The notes beneath the pieces are model-generated. The model worked only from the letters and a program-made list of their open reading frames with translations. It did not search any database and had not been told where the DNA came from. A stretch of 64,000 nt of DNA from NCBI RefSeq assembly GCF_033153115.1, contig NW_026889750.1:10664001-10728000 (forward strand), given 5' to 3'. This DNA comes from Saccostrea echinata (Eukaryota). Position 1 is the first letter of the stretch. Every line of letters starts with the position of its first letter. Shown piece after piece: positions 42,346 to 53,115 of the stretch. Both the position numbers and the translations under genes were made by a program.

Positions 42346-42836
42346 GTGATAACTATGACACTAATATAACACATAACAAACAATAAAATATACATTTTGG
42401 TAAAATATTCATGAAGTTATTAATTCATTGAATCTACTATAATTTCAGATTTATCCATCATGCAATTAATATACTATCCAAATCTGACCAAAATCCCCTA
42501 TTAAAAATTTACGACCAAACTATTGAAGAAGCTAATACAACCAGACTTTCAAATAAGAAGGTAAAGGGACACCCCGTCATTGACGAATTTGTATTTGACG
42601 GAGCAGAAAAAGCCGTAACAACAGTCAGGATCCCTCCTTTAGTAACCTGGGAGCGACGGGGATATCTGGAGGATCGTAGACCTCCCTCCTCTGTGGACCC
42701 ATATGCTGCAGCAGCTGGCATGATCCAGGCATGTATATTTGGGGATTTCTTGAAGCCTGAAAACGAATCTTTGAAAGATTTGTCTGTTTGGGATAAAGAG
42801 GCATCTGAGTTAAATGAATTCCCTTACCCTTCATGA
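26857..42836 (+). CDS. Divergent type-II glutamine synthetase-like protein, intact, 402 aa, 6 coding exons
   Basis: GT-AG exons 26857-26998, 28085-28243, 28398-28580, 29590-29726, 40203-40402 and 42449-42836 sum to 1209 nt of open frame. GSII motifs present: KPVAMFENPF, PWFGFEQEY, HLQACIYAG, QWEYQVGPC, GDHL, GHLNFS, VRIP, GYLEDRRP. Intron phases 1,1,1,0,2 and the 200-nt fifth coding exon match vertebrate GLUL as I recall it. A probable non-coding first exon ends at 26218. Confidence 0.9.
28761..29256 (-). mobile_element. HINE-type non-autonomous element
   Basis: Subterminal IR TAGTCCCCTACCGG/CCGGTAGGGGACTA, terminal hairpin, (GTCT)n tract, two about 140-bp internal repeats, CTTGTT end. Absent from GS copy 1. 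Confidence 0.8.
29878..30613 (+). mobile_element. Degenerate HINE
   Basis: Head AACAAGAGGCCTGTGGGCC, decayed 166-bp units, tail GGCTCAGGTGAGCTAA. Confidence 0.75.
30709..31091 (+). mobile_element. Miniature non-autonomous LTR retrotransposon (TRIM) with tRNA-derived LTRs, Ajax/Cassandra-like
   Basis: Two 139-bp direct repeats (30709-30847, 30953-31091) with TGTCA..TGACA ends and 13 mismatches. PBS TGGCGCCAAACGT at 30850-30862 resembles the complement of the tRNA-Lys(CTT) 3' end. Purine-rich tract before LTR2. 4-bp TSD TGAA. Each LTR contains a tRNA-like cloverleaf with A and B boxes. Confidence 0.88.
30753..30825 (+). pseudogene. tRNA-like cloverleaf inside the 5' LTR (second copy at 30997-31069)
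   Basis: Acceptor GTCTCAG/TTGAGAT, D arm GCTC-AGTGGTTA-GAGC, anticodon stem CTGGC/GCCAG with loop ACAGAAC (no U33), T arm CTGGG-TTCGAGT-CCCGG, then a T5 run. Confidence 0.75.
32980..33173 (-). mobile_element. Older HINE fragment interrupted by the 33174-34744 HINE (continues about 35140-35330)
   Basis: Reverse-complement HINE tail sequence (GTCTGTAAACTTTTCACATT..GAAGGGCCAC) breaks off at the younger insertion. Confidence 0.55.
33174..34744 (+). mobile_element. Helentron-type HINE (CvA/pearl-like) carrying about 7 copies of a 166-bp Cg170-like satellite
   Basis: Head AACAAGAGGCCCATGGGCCACATCGCTCACCTGA; tandem about 166-bp units (CCCCATTGTGGCCCCACCCTACCCCCAGGGGTCATGATTTGAAC..); GACG/GACA microsatellite; 3' hairpin TGAGCTTTCAGCTCAGGTGAGCTAA. 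Confidence 0.88.
35561..36555 (-). mobile_element. HINE with Cg170-like repeats, reverse orientation
   Basis: TTTGGCTCACCTGAG end, reverse-complement 166-bp units, decayed head near 36525-36555. Confidence 0.75.
40469..42345 (+). mobile_element. HINE of a second family with about 176-bp internal tandem repeats
   Basis: Head AACAAGAGGCCCAAGGGCCTTAACGGTCACCTGAG; GACG tract; terminal palindrome AGGTCACCTGAGTGACTCAGGTGACCT. The homologous intron of GS copy 1 (about 17300) is an empty site. Confidence 0.85.
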
Positions 42837-43037
42837 ACAATACCCCTTTGTTCTACACGCAATGTAATAATATATATGCTGCTTTGTTTAATTTGATATT
42901 TGACATGTTATTCTGATTGTATATATTGATTCAACTTTGCAGAAATAGTGTTTAGAATTGCAAAGGTTTTGGAATTGAAGAAGAACGGTAGTTTGTAATC
43001 AATACTATATGAAATGCACAGTGTTAAAGCATGTATA

Positions 43038-43338
43038 TTTGTTTGTTTGTTGTTGTTTAACGTCCCTCTCCAGAATTTTTCACTCATATGGAGAGGCCAC
43101 CACTTGCCGGTGGAGAGCTGCAAATTTTGACCTATGCGTGGCAATCAGGGCCATTGAGCAGTGAGGGATCTTTTTCGTGCCAGCACCTACTGCGACACGG
43201 GACCTCGGTTTATACGGTCTCATCCGAAGGGCCGGTCTCCACGTCCCACAGTGGGATTCGAACCCGCGACGTAAGGATCAACTCCTTACTCCGCGACTCT
43301 AGCGCAAACGCTCTAACCACCTGCGCCACGCGGGCGAC
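43038..43338 (-). mobile_element. tRNA-derived SINE with V-domain
   Basis: Same family as 14458-14743. TSD TAAAGCATGTATA (43025-43037 and 43339-43351). Confidence 0.9.
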
Positions 43339-43496
43339 TAAAGCATGTATAGAAATTTCCTTTATCAATCAAAAAAGATCATACCTTTTTATAACAAAAG
43401 TCTGCATGAGTTCCTTTATAAGAAATAAATTGTAAAATTTATCTACATGTATTTGATAGTATGCTGTCCAATCTTCAAAAAGTGGAAGTTAATAAT

Positions 43497-44192
43497 TTTA
43501 TTTCACCTGAGGCATTTCTTCCTATTAACATTTTTGACTTCATCTCTAGAACCAGTGAAATAATTTGAACCGAACTTAGCATAAAGCATTCTTGGGTAGT
43601 GGTTATTCAAATTTATTCAAATATGATGATCCGCATCTTCTTTCAAGAGCATGCAATTAGGAAATAGTAAAATTAGGGTGGGGTCATTTTCTCCAAAACC
43701 ACTGGGTCAGAAAAAAAGCTTACATAGTGTAGATTAATGTTCAAATCATGGTCCCTGGGGCTTGGGTAGGGCAATATATTTTATATAGGAATACATGTAT
43801 GTAGAATAAAATCAAAATCTTCCCTTTCAATAACAGATGGCCAAAATGAGCCTTTATGAGAAATCACCCACATCTAATGTATATTTAAAAAGGTTTTTGT
43901 TTGTTCAATTCATGAAATCTTTGGATAGAGTGGAACCACAGTAGCGATTTATTTAGGAAAGAACATCTTTAAAATTATTTTCTCAAGATAGTAGGACTAT
44001 ATCAAATCATCCTGATATGCATGTAGTGTAGTTGACGCAGTGTTTGGTCAAGTCATTACCCCAGGGGCAAATGTGCAGCCACAATAGATATTCGAAGCTT
44101 GAAGTGGGGAAATGGGAAAGATCTTTTCAAATATTCTTCTCGAGCAGTACCATGTGACTCGGATGAGCGTTGTTGTCCATTGGCCTCTTGTT
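43497..44192 (-). mobile_element. Degenerate HINE
   Basis: TCACCTGAG end, decayed units, head CCATTGGCCTCTTGTT. Confidence 0.7.
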
Positions 44193-44759
44193 TTTATTTT
44201 CATAGAAATGAATTGCAGTTGTAGATGTAAGGTGCATGGAATGCACATTTTGGATTTATACATGTACTAAGGTTAATTTAAGTTAATGTCTAACGTTTTA
44301 AGTATAAAAAGTGCATCCATGTAAATTCATTACCTCCACAAAAGAAAAGCATAAAGAACAACTACTTCATTTAGAATGAAAACATATGGATAGATACTTA
44401 GTTGTATGGAACTAGTCATTTGATTTCATGAGTAAGGAACAGAAGATTCTACTGTCTTTCGATGGAAGATATCAACAAGAACTTTTCATTAAATGAGAAT
44501 AAAAAAATGCTTAGTGCAATATAAACTGAACGCTTTTTATGGTTGTCATATTGTAAATTTTGTATTTTTTTGCCATGGCATTCATATTGTAAGTTCTGCC
44601 ACTCAGTGAATTTAAAGTTTACAAAATGACACCTGTGTCTATCGAAAAAAAAGAAGGCAAATAAAGTATAATAAAATCTGTATTTTTCTAATTCATTCAA
44701 AATATTCATTTGAAGATCACTAAACATATCTATTTATTTTTTGTTCATGGCATCTGATC

Positions 44760-47700
44760 CTACTCCTGAACATATCCAGGTGGATAATTAATAAAGTAGT
44801 TAGCAGGACATTTGGGTACTTTGCAGCATTTTCCAGTAGGAGGAGGCTCAAGTGTACATGCAGTCGGTAGATGAAATTCAACACATCTAAATAACATTAA
44901 AATTTACATATGAATTTTTTTTTTGTTAAAATCGTAACGTATATACAAGAAATTAAGTCAAAAGAAGAAAGGAAAATTAAAAATAAAAATAATAACAAAT
45001 TGTAGGAGGAAATTTATTATGAAAAGCTTATCTCTAGCTTTTATTTTTTTTTCCTTACCTACTTTCACAGTTGTAAAAATTTGCTCTTTGACAATAACAT
45101 TTCCACTTACAACCATCATACCACATGTCACCAGACTGATATACCGATCCATCCTTGTAAACACAGCCATGAAAGTCACCTATATCGAGAAATGCCAAGT
45201 TAAATGTACAACAATGTTTTGATTTAATATCAATTTTTGAAAAACAGAACTACCCTAACTCCGTCATTTTTATATTTTTACTAATAACTCTGGTCGTATT
45301 TGGTAGGGCTGATATTGCATTTAGATTTTTACTATAATCACTCTGGTCTTACTTGGTAGGGCTGATGTTGTATTTATATTTTTACTATAATCACTCTGGT
45401 CTTACTTGGTAGGGCTGATGTTGTATTTATATTTTTACTATAATCACTCTGGTCTTACTTGGTAGGGTTGATGTTGTATTTATATTTTTACTATAATCAC
45501 TCTGGTCTTACTTGGTAAGGCTGATGTTGTATTTATATTTTTACTATAATCACTCTGGTCTTACTTGGTAGGGCTGATGTTGTATTTATATTTTTACTAA
45601 TAACTCTGGTCGTACTTGGTAGGGCTGATGTTGTATTTATATTTTTACTATAATCACTCTGGTCTTACTTGGTAGGGTTGATGTTGTATTTATATTTTTA
45701 CTATAATCACTCTGGTCTTACTTGGTAGGGCTGATGTTGTATTTATATTTTTACTATAATCACTCTGGTCTTACTTGGTAGGGCTGATGTTGTATTTATA
45801 TTTTTACTAATAACTCTGGTCGTACTTGGTAGGGCTGATGTTGTATTTATATTTTTACTAATAACTCTGGTCGTACTTGGTAGGGTTGATGTTGTATTTA
45901 TATTTTTACTATAATCACTCTGGTCTTACTTGGTAAGGCTGATGTTGTATTTATATTTGGTAAGTTACAGACTGATTCAGGACAGCATTTTCCGTCCCTC
46001 TTCACCAAAGAACATCCGGCAGCTGGTTGAATTTCAGGACACCTGTATAGATCGTAAAACTAATAACTTTACATGTATATCACAACAGAAAATTATTTGA
46101 TTATGATCTTTCTGAGTAAATAAAAACAAATACATTTTACCCATATATTGTATGGTTTTCAAAATATGATAAAATTACTAGAATTCTAATTTTTTCTTTA
46201 AACAATTGACAAATAAGGCAAGTGTTTAATGAGACGAAATCTAAATGAATCTTCTTATTTACTGACAAGTCTAAAAAGGAAATAACAGATTCTAATGAAT
46301 ATGGTTTAAAAGAATGCATCACAAATAAGGGTTAGTTTTCGTTCTTTTCAAATTTCCTTTTTATACTGTATTTAATTTCGCTTTATTATGCCTTTGATAT
46401 TGTATACGCTGTCCAAACCTTTTGATTTAGGAGTAGAACTTATTATTAGAATATATATATGTTATACTGAAAGTAGGATGACAACGTCATTCGTAGATTT
46501 TTATGAGCAAAAAGTTTACAAGTTCAACATATATTACTGTATGATCTCTTTAAAATGCAGATGTCTGAGCCAAAATTGTGATTTTTTTTTCAAAATTGGA
46601 GGAAGATATTTTTTCTTGTTTGGAATTAAATTAATCTATGCAAATTATTCCAGTGCGTTTGTAGATTTGTAAATTTTTTGGTTTACAGATCATTAACCAA
46701 AGACAAGAAACATTGATTTTAAAATCCATTCATCTTTAAATGTAATTATACAAACGTGAACAAATGAAGTAATTGATTATTTTTATGAGAAGTCTGTTTT
46801 GAATTAAAATTTACAAGAAGAGCACAATGATTTAAGCATTAAATAACATCATGAATTCATGATAATTGTAAAATGTTTAATTTATTCTTGGAATGAAATT
46901 AATAAATTAATACAGCTTTAGTTTTTATGTTCATTGTATTGGTTTTTATTTTACGTACGTGCTGATGCATTTGTATTGTCCAGTTCTACCGTTGACACAT
47001 GTACAGTTGATGGAACAGCCATCTTGCCAAGTTTGTCCTGTATTGTAAGTCTGGTTTTTGTACGTACAACCTCCGCGGTCAATAAATGAGGCTAAAGCAA
47101 AATAATACACTGTACTGGAATTGGAAGCCTTGATAAATGTCTTATACTCATTAAATTTCTCATCATTTTAAAGATGATTTTTAAATACTTCCAGATTATT
47201 AAGTTTTCACAAGCCAGATTTTAATAAAAAAAAAATTTGATTTTTCAACCCATCAAAATACATTTAACTACATTACAGATTATTATTATTAAATAATCTG
47301 TTTAAATAACCCTTTTTTCCTACCATCAACCTTTACACTTTCGAAAAAACAACAACAAAATTTAAAGGTAGAAGATACGTACAACCAGTTGTGTTTAGGC
47401 AGACTAACTTCTTACAACATTGGCCGGGGACTACCTCGTAGTGGCAACTTGGTGGAAGGTGGCTAAATAGATTGCATCTGCAAAATGTTCAGTTTAACCT
47501 TGATAAAAACAATTATAAAGATGATTGTGTTTAAAATGACATGTTATTACATTTCATAGAAAAGGGAGATAGATTTTGAAATAATGATGAAGTCAATAAC
47601 TTGAAACGACCTCAGAGATACGTTAGATATAATCTAAGGTTCCAGCTATATTACAAATTCTAGTACATGTCCCAACTTCTAAATTCAGTCTCAAATATAA

Positions 47701-50482
47701 TTCGAGATAACCGAATTTGGCCGTAGCTATGTAGAATTTAACCTACAGAGTTGAACAATGAGTAGTAAGTCCAGTCAAACACGTGCAGTTGTAGTCGCAC
47801 CCGTCTTGCCACACCTCCCCGACGGCATACGATTTGTCCTTGTATACACATTTGTCATTGCCTTGTATAACCCCACTACCACTGCCTAGACCAGGAAAAT
47901 ATATTTTCGGTAACTGTACGTTCATAATTTAATGTGTTGGATGTTTTTTCTTCACACATACACTGTTTCATAAAATACAAAAAAGTTAAAATACCACTTA
48001 ATGCACAGACAACTTTCTTGCAGCAGTCCCCTGGAACCGTCTCATAATGACACGACGATGGAAGATTGGTGTAAATAACACATCTTCAATATAAACAATG
48101 TAGAAAATCATGTCATTGGTGTGTACATTTTATATCTGTAAAATGTGAATAACTATTTTCTACAAAAAGGTTATTTGACAAATTTCTCGTAATAAAGAAG
48201 ACGTTTCAAAAAAAGGTTTTGTGAGATAGTAAGTGCATTCAACCATTACTTACGGTGTCACACACTGGACAATATCGTTTCTCTCACACGTGCATTTATA
48301 ATCACACCCGTCCATCCATGTCTGGCCCTTGGCGTAACTTGTATTTTTATACAGACACCCTTGATCTAGATTCAAAGAAGTATCTGTTGGACTTGCCGTT
48401 TGATCTGAAGGTAAATTATGTTCTTCAGTTATGCATTATGTTTAGCTTATTTTTAAAATAGATATTATATGACTTAGTCAACTTAAAGGTATGTAGATGC
48501 AAGTACCCATCATAATCATTATACTTCATTATATTATATACTGAAAATTGTTCCATTAATTAAAAGCCCATTCATTGAACACTTCAAAATATCTCAACAT
48601 TATCAGCTCTATATACCCAAACAAGAAACTGGATGAAAATATATAGGTAGAAGGGAACAGCAGTAGAAATATTTCATATCCGTATTCGTAGCATGACGTA
48701 TATGTTCATACTTACTGAAGGAACAGACAACTCGTTTACAACAATCGCCAGGCACAGGTTCCTGCCTACAGTTGGTGGGCAAATTGGAATACACGGCACA
48801 ACTAGATATAACCCATAGATTGTTATTGTTTATGACATTGTTTAAGGAATTTAAATTTGTATATTTAGTTCATTCCTAGGTGAATCTGGTTCTGTATTAT
48901 ATGAATGAAAACTGATTTATTTAATGGTAGGTTTGCTGTTTTCCGGAAGAAGACTCTTAGAAAATTATCCAATAAAAAGTTTATTCATTAGCGTGGCGCA
49001 CCGAAGCCTCGTTGGATGATTTGATTAATATTTTATATGCAATAGAATTATAGTGTCTACCCTCGGTTCTTTGCTTCTTGACAAGTTTTATCTATTTTTA
49101 TCATTTCATTTTTTTCCTAAATCGTGTACCCTTGGAAAATGACATATCCCTTCATTGTAGAACCTTGGAAAAACCTAATACACATATCATCAGACAGTTC
49201 AATGGCAGATAAATTTGATCAGAAATTTGAGTCTATCAATTTGATCAGATGAGAAAAAGGTTCAACAATAGGGAAATATGTTGTAGCAAATCAGATTTTT
49301 AAAAATGAAGTTACACAATCGGAAGTACAGTTTGTAGTCTTATAGATAATTGCATTAAAAGTAAGTATCGCAATGAGAAAATCTTGGTGTTATCTTGGGG
49401 GAAAATCAGTTTGAACAATGAATGCTTCTGCTCTGTGAAGATGAATTACTTACGGTTGCACACATTGTGTAAGACCCTCATTAGTGCACGTACATCTATA
49501 ATCACATCCATCCAACCAGGTTTCTCCTACAGCATAAACCTGTCCTTTATATGTACAGCTTCCCTTTGTCAGTGCTGTTTGAGTGGTCATGGGCTTTTTT
49601 GTTGGAACTGAGTTGTCACCTTTCCATAAAAAAGTTTGTCAATGAGAAGAGTTTGTTGTCTTCTACCAATATATACTAGTATAGCTGTAAAAAGTCTTAA
49701 AGAGTGAGAAAAACTAGAATTAATTTTAGAATTTTAATTACCCACAATCATTCATCAGAGTCAATGATTTTTAAAAAAAAAAATAAAGATACTCACTGCA
49801 CAATCCGCAGTAGCTTGCACAATGATTTTTGGCCCATGTCAAATATGGCGCCACACACGCCTGCTTCCCATATTCTGCACAATCTGATATTGCATCACTG
49901 CAACTGGGCGCTATGGTAAAGTTATTTATAGTAAGATATTTAATAGACTAACACTACTACTGCTTTCATGTATATGAATATTTTTTTCATTAATTTATTT
50001 AAAAGACAAATCAACTGGCTATTAAGTAAAAGAAAAACAAGAAAACATGAATACCCAATTAAATAATACTGTCCATGTTTGTTAGAAAAATCTGTATTGT
50101 TTTTGTTTTTACTAAAATGATTAAACACACTTAAAATATTCTTACTACAAAATCCACAGAAGCTTGCGCAATTTTTCCTTGCCCAAGAGTCATAGGGTGC
50201 TTTACAAGCAGACTGTGTATATTCAGCACAATCAGGTAAAAGGTCACCACAAATACTATAGCATGTGCGCGTTGTAGCTAGAAAACCAAAACAAAGAGCA
50301 CATTTGCACAATCCTCACATCACTACTGAGATGTAGCTGAATCATTAGAATGGCTAACTCAAACATTAAATTTTCTTCAAGTAAAGTACATTGCTGTTAT
50401 TGTACTTAAATTTGCAAAAAGAAAAAATATATTTTGTGCACTTACCTGTAATTAGAAGAATGCTAATTGTAAATTTTAACAT
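44760..50482 (-). CDS. Secreted cysteine-rich protein: signal peptide + 2 ShK + 5 VWC domains (about 500 aa)
   Basis: Exons 50482-50446, 50277-50146, 49910-49797, 49619(or 49607)-49454, 48801-48716, 48404-48254, 48083-47995, 47885-47747, 47477-47383, 47091-46959, 46042-45930, 45179-45059 and 44886-44760 form an open frame of 1503 nt. N-terminus MLKFTISILLITATTRTCYS; ends NYPPGYVQE*; AATAAA at 44738-44733. Confidence 0.88.
45270..45958. repeat. Minisatellite, 13 units of 53/51 bp, each containing an exon end plus a 5' splice site
   Basis: Unit TGGTAGGGCTGATGTTGTATTTATATTTTTACTATAATCACTCTGGTCTTACT starting at 45301, 45354 ... 45931. Confidence 0.95.
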
Positions 50483-51094
50483 TTTTTATAAAGAGTACGC
50501 GATCGCTTTACACAAATTAAAGTTTTATCTAGGACAATGTACCTTATCAGTGTTCCAGACAACCCACATAAAGTATGTCAATGTCTGAATGGATGCCATT
50601 TAAACCAGAAGACAGTCTGTAATCTACCTTAATAGCCAAGTTTTTCTTACACTTTTTCACTTATTAACTTCTGAAGATTTCGTTAGGAGACGGTTCGCTG
50701 TCTACTTCAGTGTAAATATGCGATCCCTGTGCTTGCACACTAATCCGTTAAATTGTAGTTCTTCTGTTTCAAAAAGATTCCAGAAGACTTGCAAATATTT
50801 TTAGACATACTTTATCCCATATAAAATCCCCTTTGAAATTTTGTCTTCTCTTCTATCAAATTGTGGCCTAACCCTAGAACCAGAGGCCATAATTTATATA
50901 AATTCCTACCCATCACTGGGACTGATGTTTTTGAGAGGAGATCAGATTTATCGATGTGTAAATAATGGTTCCAAAGAGGTTCGAACCAAACGTTTTTTTT
51001 TCATGATCTCGACATACAGACATTCAAATCGGAGGAAAAGGCTTTGCTTCCTATGACTGTCATGTAACAATAAATCATAGAGACATTTCGATAT

Positions 51095-51760
51095 TGAGAT
51101 TTATCAGTTAACAACTACATTGTAGTTACTTTCATTCTTATGTTGACTTGATATATCCCAGTGAACTCGAAATAAAAGATACTACAGAGTCTGTCACATC
51201 TGTTTCATATTTGGATCTTTTACTGACTGCAGACGTTAATGGCAAACTAACACCCGAAATGAATGACAAACGGGAGGACATAAGCTTTTCCATCTTCAGT
51301 TTCCCCTATTTGTGTAAAAAAAAAATATTCCACTATCACCTGCATATGGTTTTTATGTCTCTCATGTTTTAAGTACAATCAATTTTAAACTGAGGAAGGC
51401 TACTGACAAATAAGGTGATGTTACAGGGATTTCTACGATCCCGCTTAGAGTTAGCACTTCGCAAGTTCTATGGTGATAATGACCTTGTTTGCAAATACAA
51501 TTTTTTTGCATCGTTGGGTCGTATTTTTACTGACATGTTTCATACAAATACTAATTGTTAGTCCATTGTTTAATACTATTTTTGACTACAGATTATTCCG
51601 TGATCAATACAGTGGGTTAACGGCGGGTATTTCGCTCGACAAGGGAAGTTTGCTTCTCCTAGGCACCTGATCCCACTTTTGGTGTTTCCGGTGCCTGCTC
51701 ACGTTTTATATTGTTTACAGAATTCATAAGATCGCTTACAGTTCGTTGCCTTTACCTTAT
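51095..51760 (+). mobile_element. Penelope-like retroelement 3' fragment
   Basis: IYPSELEIKDTTES..SVSYLDL..DKRED..FS..FPYL, plus the conserved 3' tail CTCCTAGGCACCTGATCCCAC. Confidence 0.8.
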
Positions 51761-51929
51761 TAATTTCAATACAATTCTATTTATATTCCCATTACATTTG
51801 TCGGGACAGATTCGCTCCGTTCTACAGCTTAGTGGGGCAGTGCTTACAATTAAGTCTCTAGTTCAGGTATCTGAGTTTGTGTGATTCACATCTAAAGTAA
51901 ATAAATGTAAATTTCAAATGTTTAATAAA

Positions 51930-52810
51930 ACATATCAACTTTTCACGAAAAATACCAACAGCCGTGAAGGACAGACTTCGGTAGAACTGTACAATGATAC
52001 ATTCGAGAAATGGTGTTAATCAGATGTGGATACTTAAAAACTCCGAAGAACTCTCAGAAAATTTGAAATGACAAAAATTTGCCAAAATCAATAACATCAA
52101 AACGTACGACTTTTCAACACTTTATATACAACCATTCCCCACGATAAACGTTTTATTAATTAACAATATTCATTTTCATTCCTACGTTGATTCGATATTT
52201 CCCTTTGAAATCAATATAAAGGATACCACAGGGTCTGACACATCTGTTTCATATTTGGATATTTTACTAGAAAAAGACGTTAGGGTAACCTAACAACAAA
52301 ACTTTATGATAAACGTGATAACTTAAACTTTTCTATTGTTAACTTTCCTTATTTATATAGCAATATATCATTATCACCTGCATATGGAGTTTATGTCTCC
52401 CAGTTGATTCGATACACACAAACAATTTCTTAAACGAGGCAAGCTATTGACAAATAAGTTGGTGAAACAAGAAAATCAACGGTCTTGTTTAAAGTCAGCA
52501 TTTTGCAAGGTCTATGGTCGATACAATTACCTTATCACCAAATACAATCTATTATTAAGTCGAATGTTGACTGACGTTTTTTTTTCATACAAATTGTTAT
52601 GCCATTATTTTCACATTGAATTGTCCACGGATTTTTCCGTTTCCCGATCATGACAAGGAGCACAAGGCGGGTGTGACCAATCGATAGGGAATGCTCACTC
52701 CTCCATGGCACTTGATCAAACCTCTGATGTTTTTAGAGGTCCGTGTTTGCCCTGCTCCAAATTTGTATTGTTTGAATGGACTTCTGAGCTTGATTACTGT
52801 TCATATTTCA
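51930..52810 (+). mobile_element. Penelope-like retroelement, internally deleted RT remnant
   Basis: GVNQMWILKNS..IKTYDFSTLY..IPHDK is joined directly to IKDTT..SYLDI..LYDKRD..NFSIVNFP..SPAYGVYVSQLIRY. Same 3' tail as 51095-51760. Confidence 0.85.
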
Positions 52811-52848
52811 TCAAGAAAACAAAAAGATTACAATAAGGTATTAAGGTA

Positions 52849-52854
52849 TTTATT
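52849..52854 (-). terminator. Candidate polyadenylation signal of the 3-VWC gene
   Basis: AATAAA on the minus strand about 260 nt after the stop at 53116. Confidence 0.4.
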
Positions 52855-53115
52855 TTCAAAAATGCTGTATAAAAATAAATTATAATATAATGATCAATGT
52901 CCTTTAAAATACACATACAGTTTCACCTGTATGCATGATTATCTACAATACTAACATTAGTGAAAACCAATAAGCAAGTGCACTTAGTTATCAGGCAAAG
53001 TGTAAATATGATGTTATAATGATCTGGTAATGAGTCCTAACTACATGTTTATCGTAATGCCAACATATATACAAAAACAGCCCAGCCCTAATCCCGTCTT
53101 CTTAGTACACGTGTA

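Noticed and set aside
43088-43435. Similar ORFs at 14492-14704, 43088-43435 and 55020-55382 as a gene family
   Set aside because: They are antisense readings of the same SINE.
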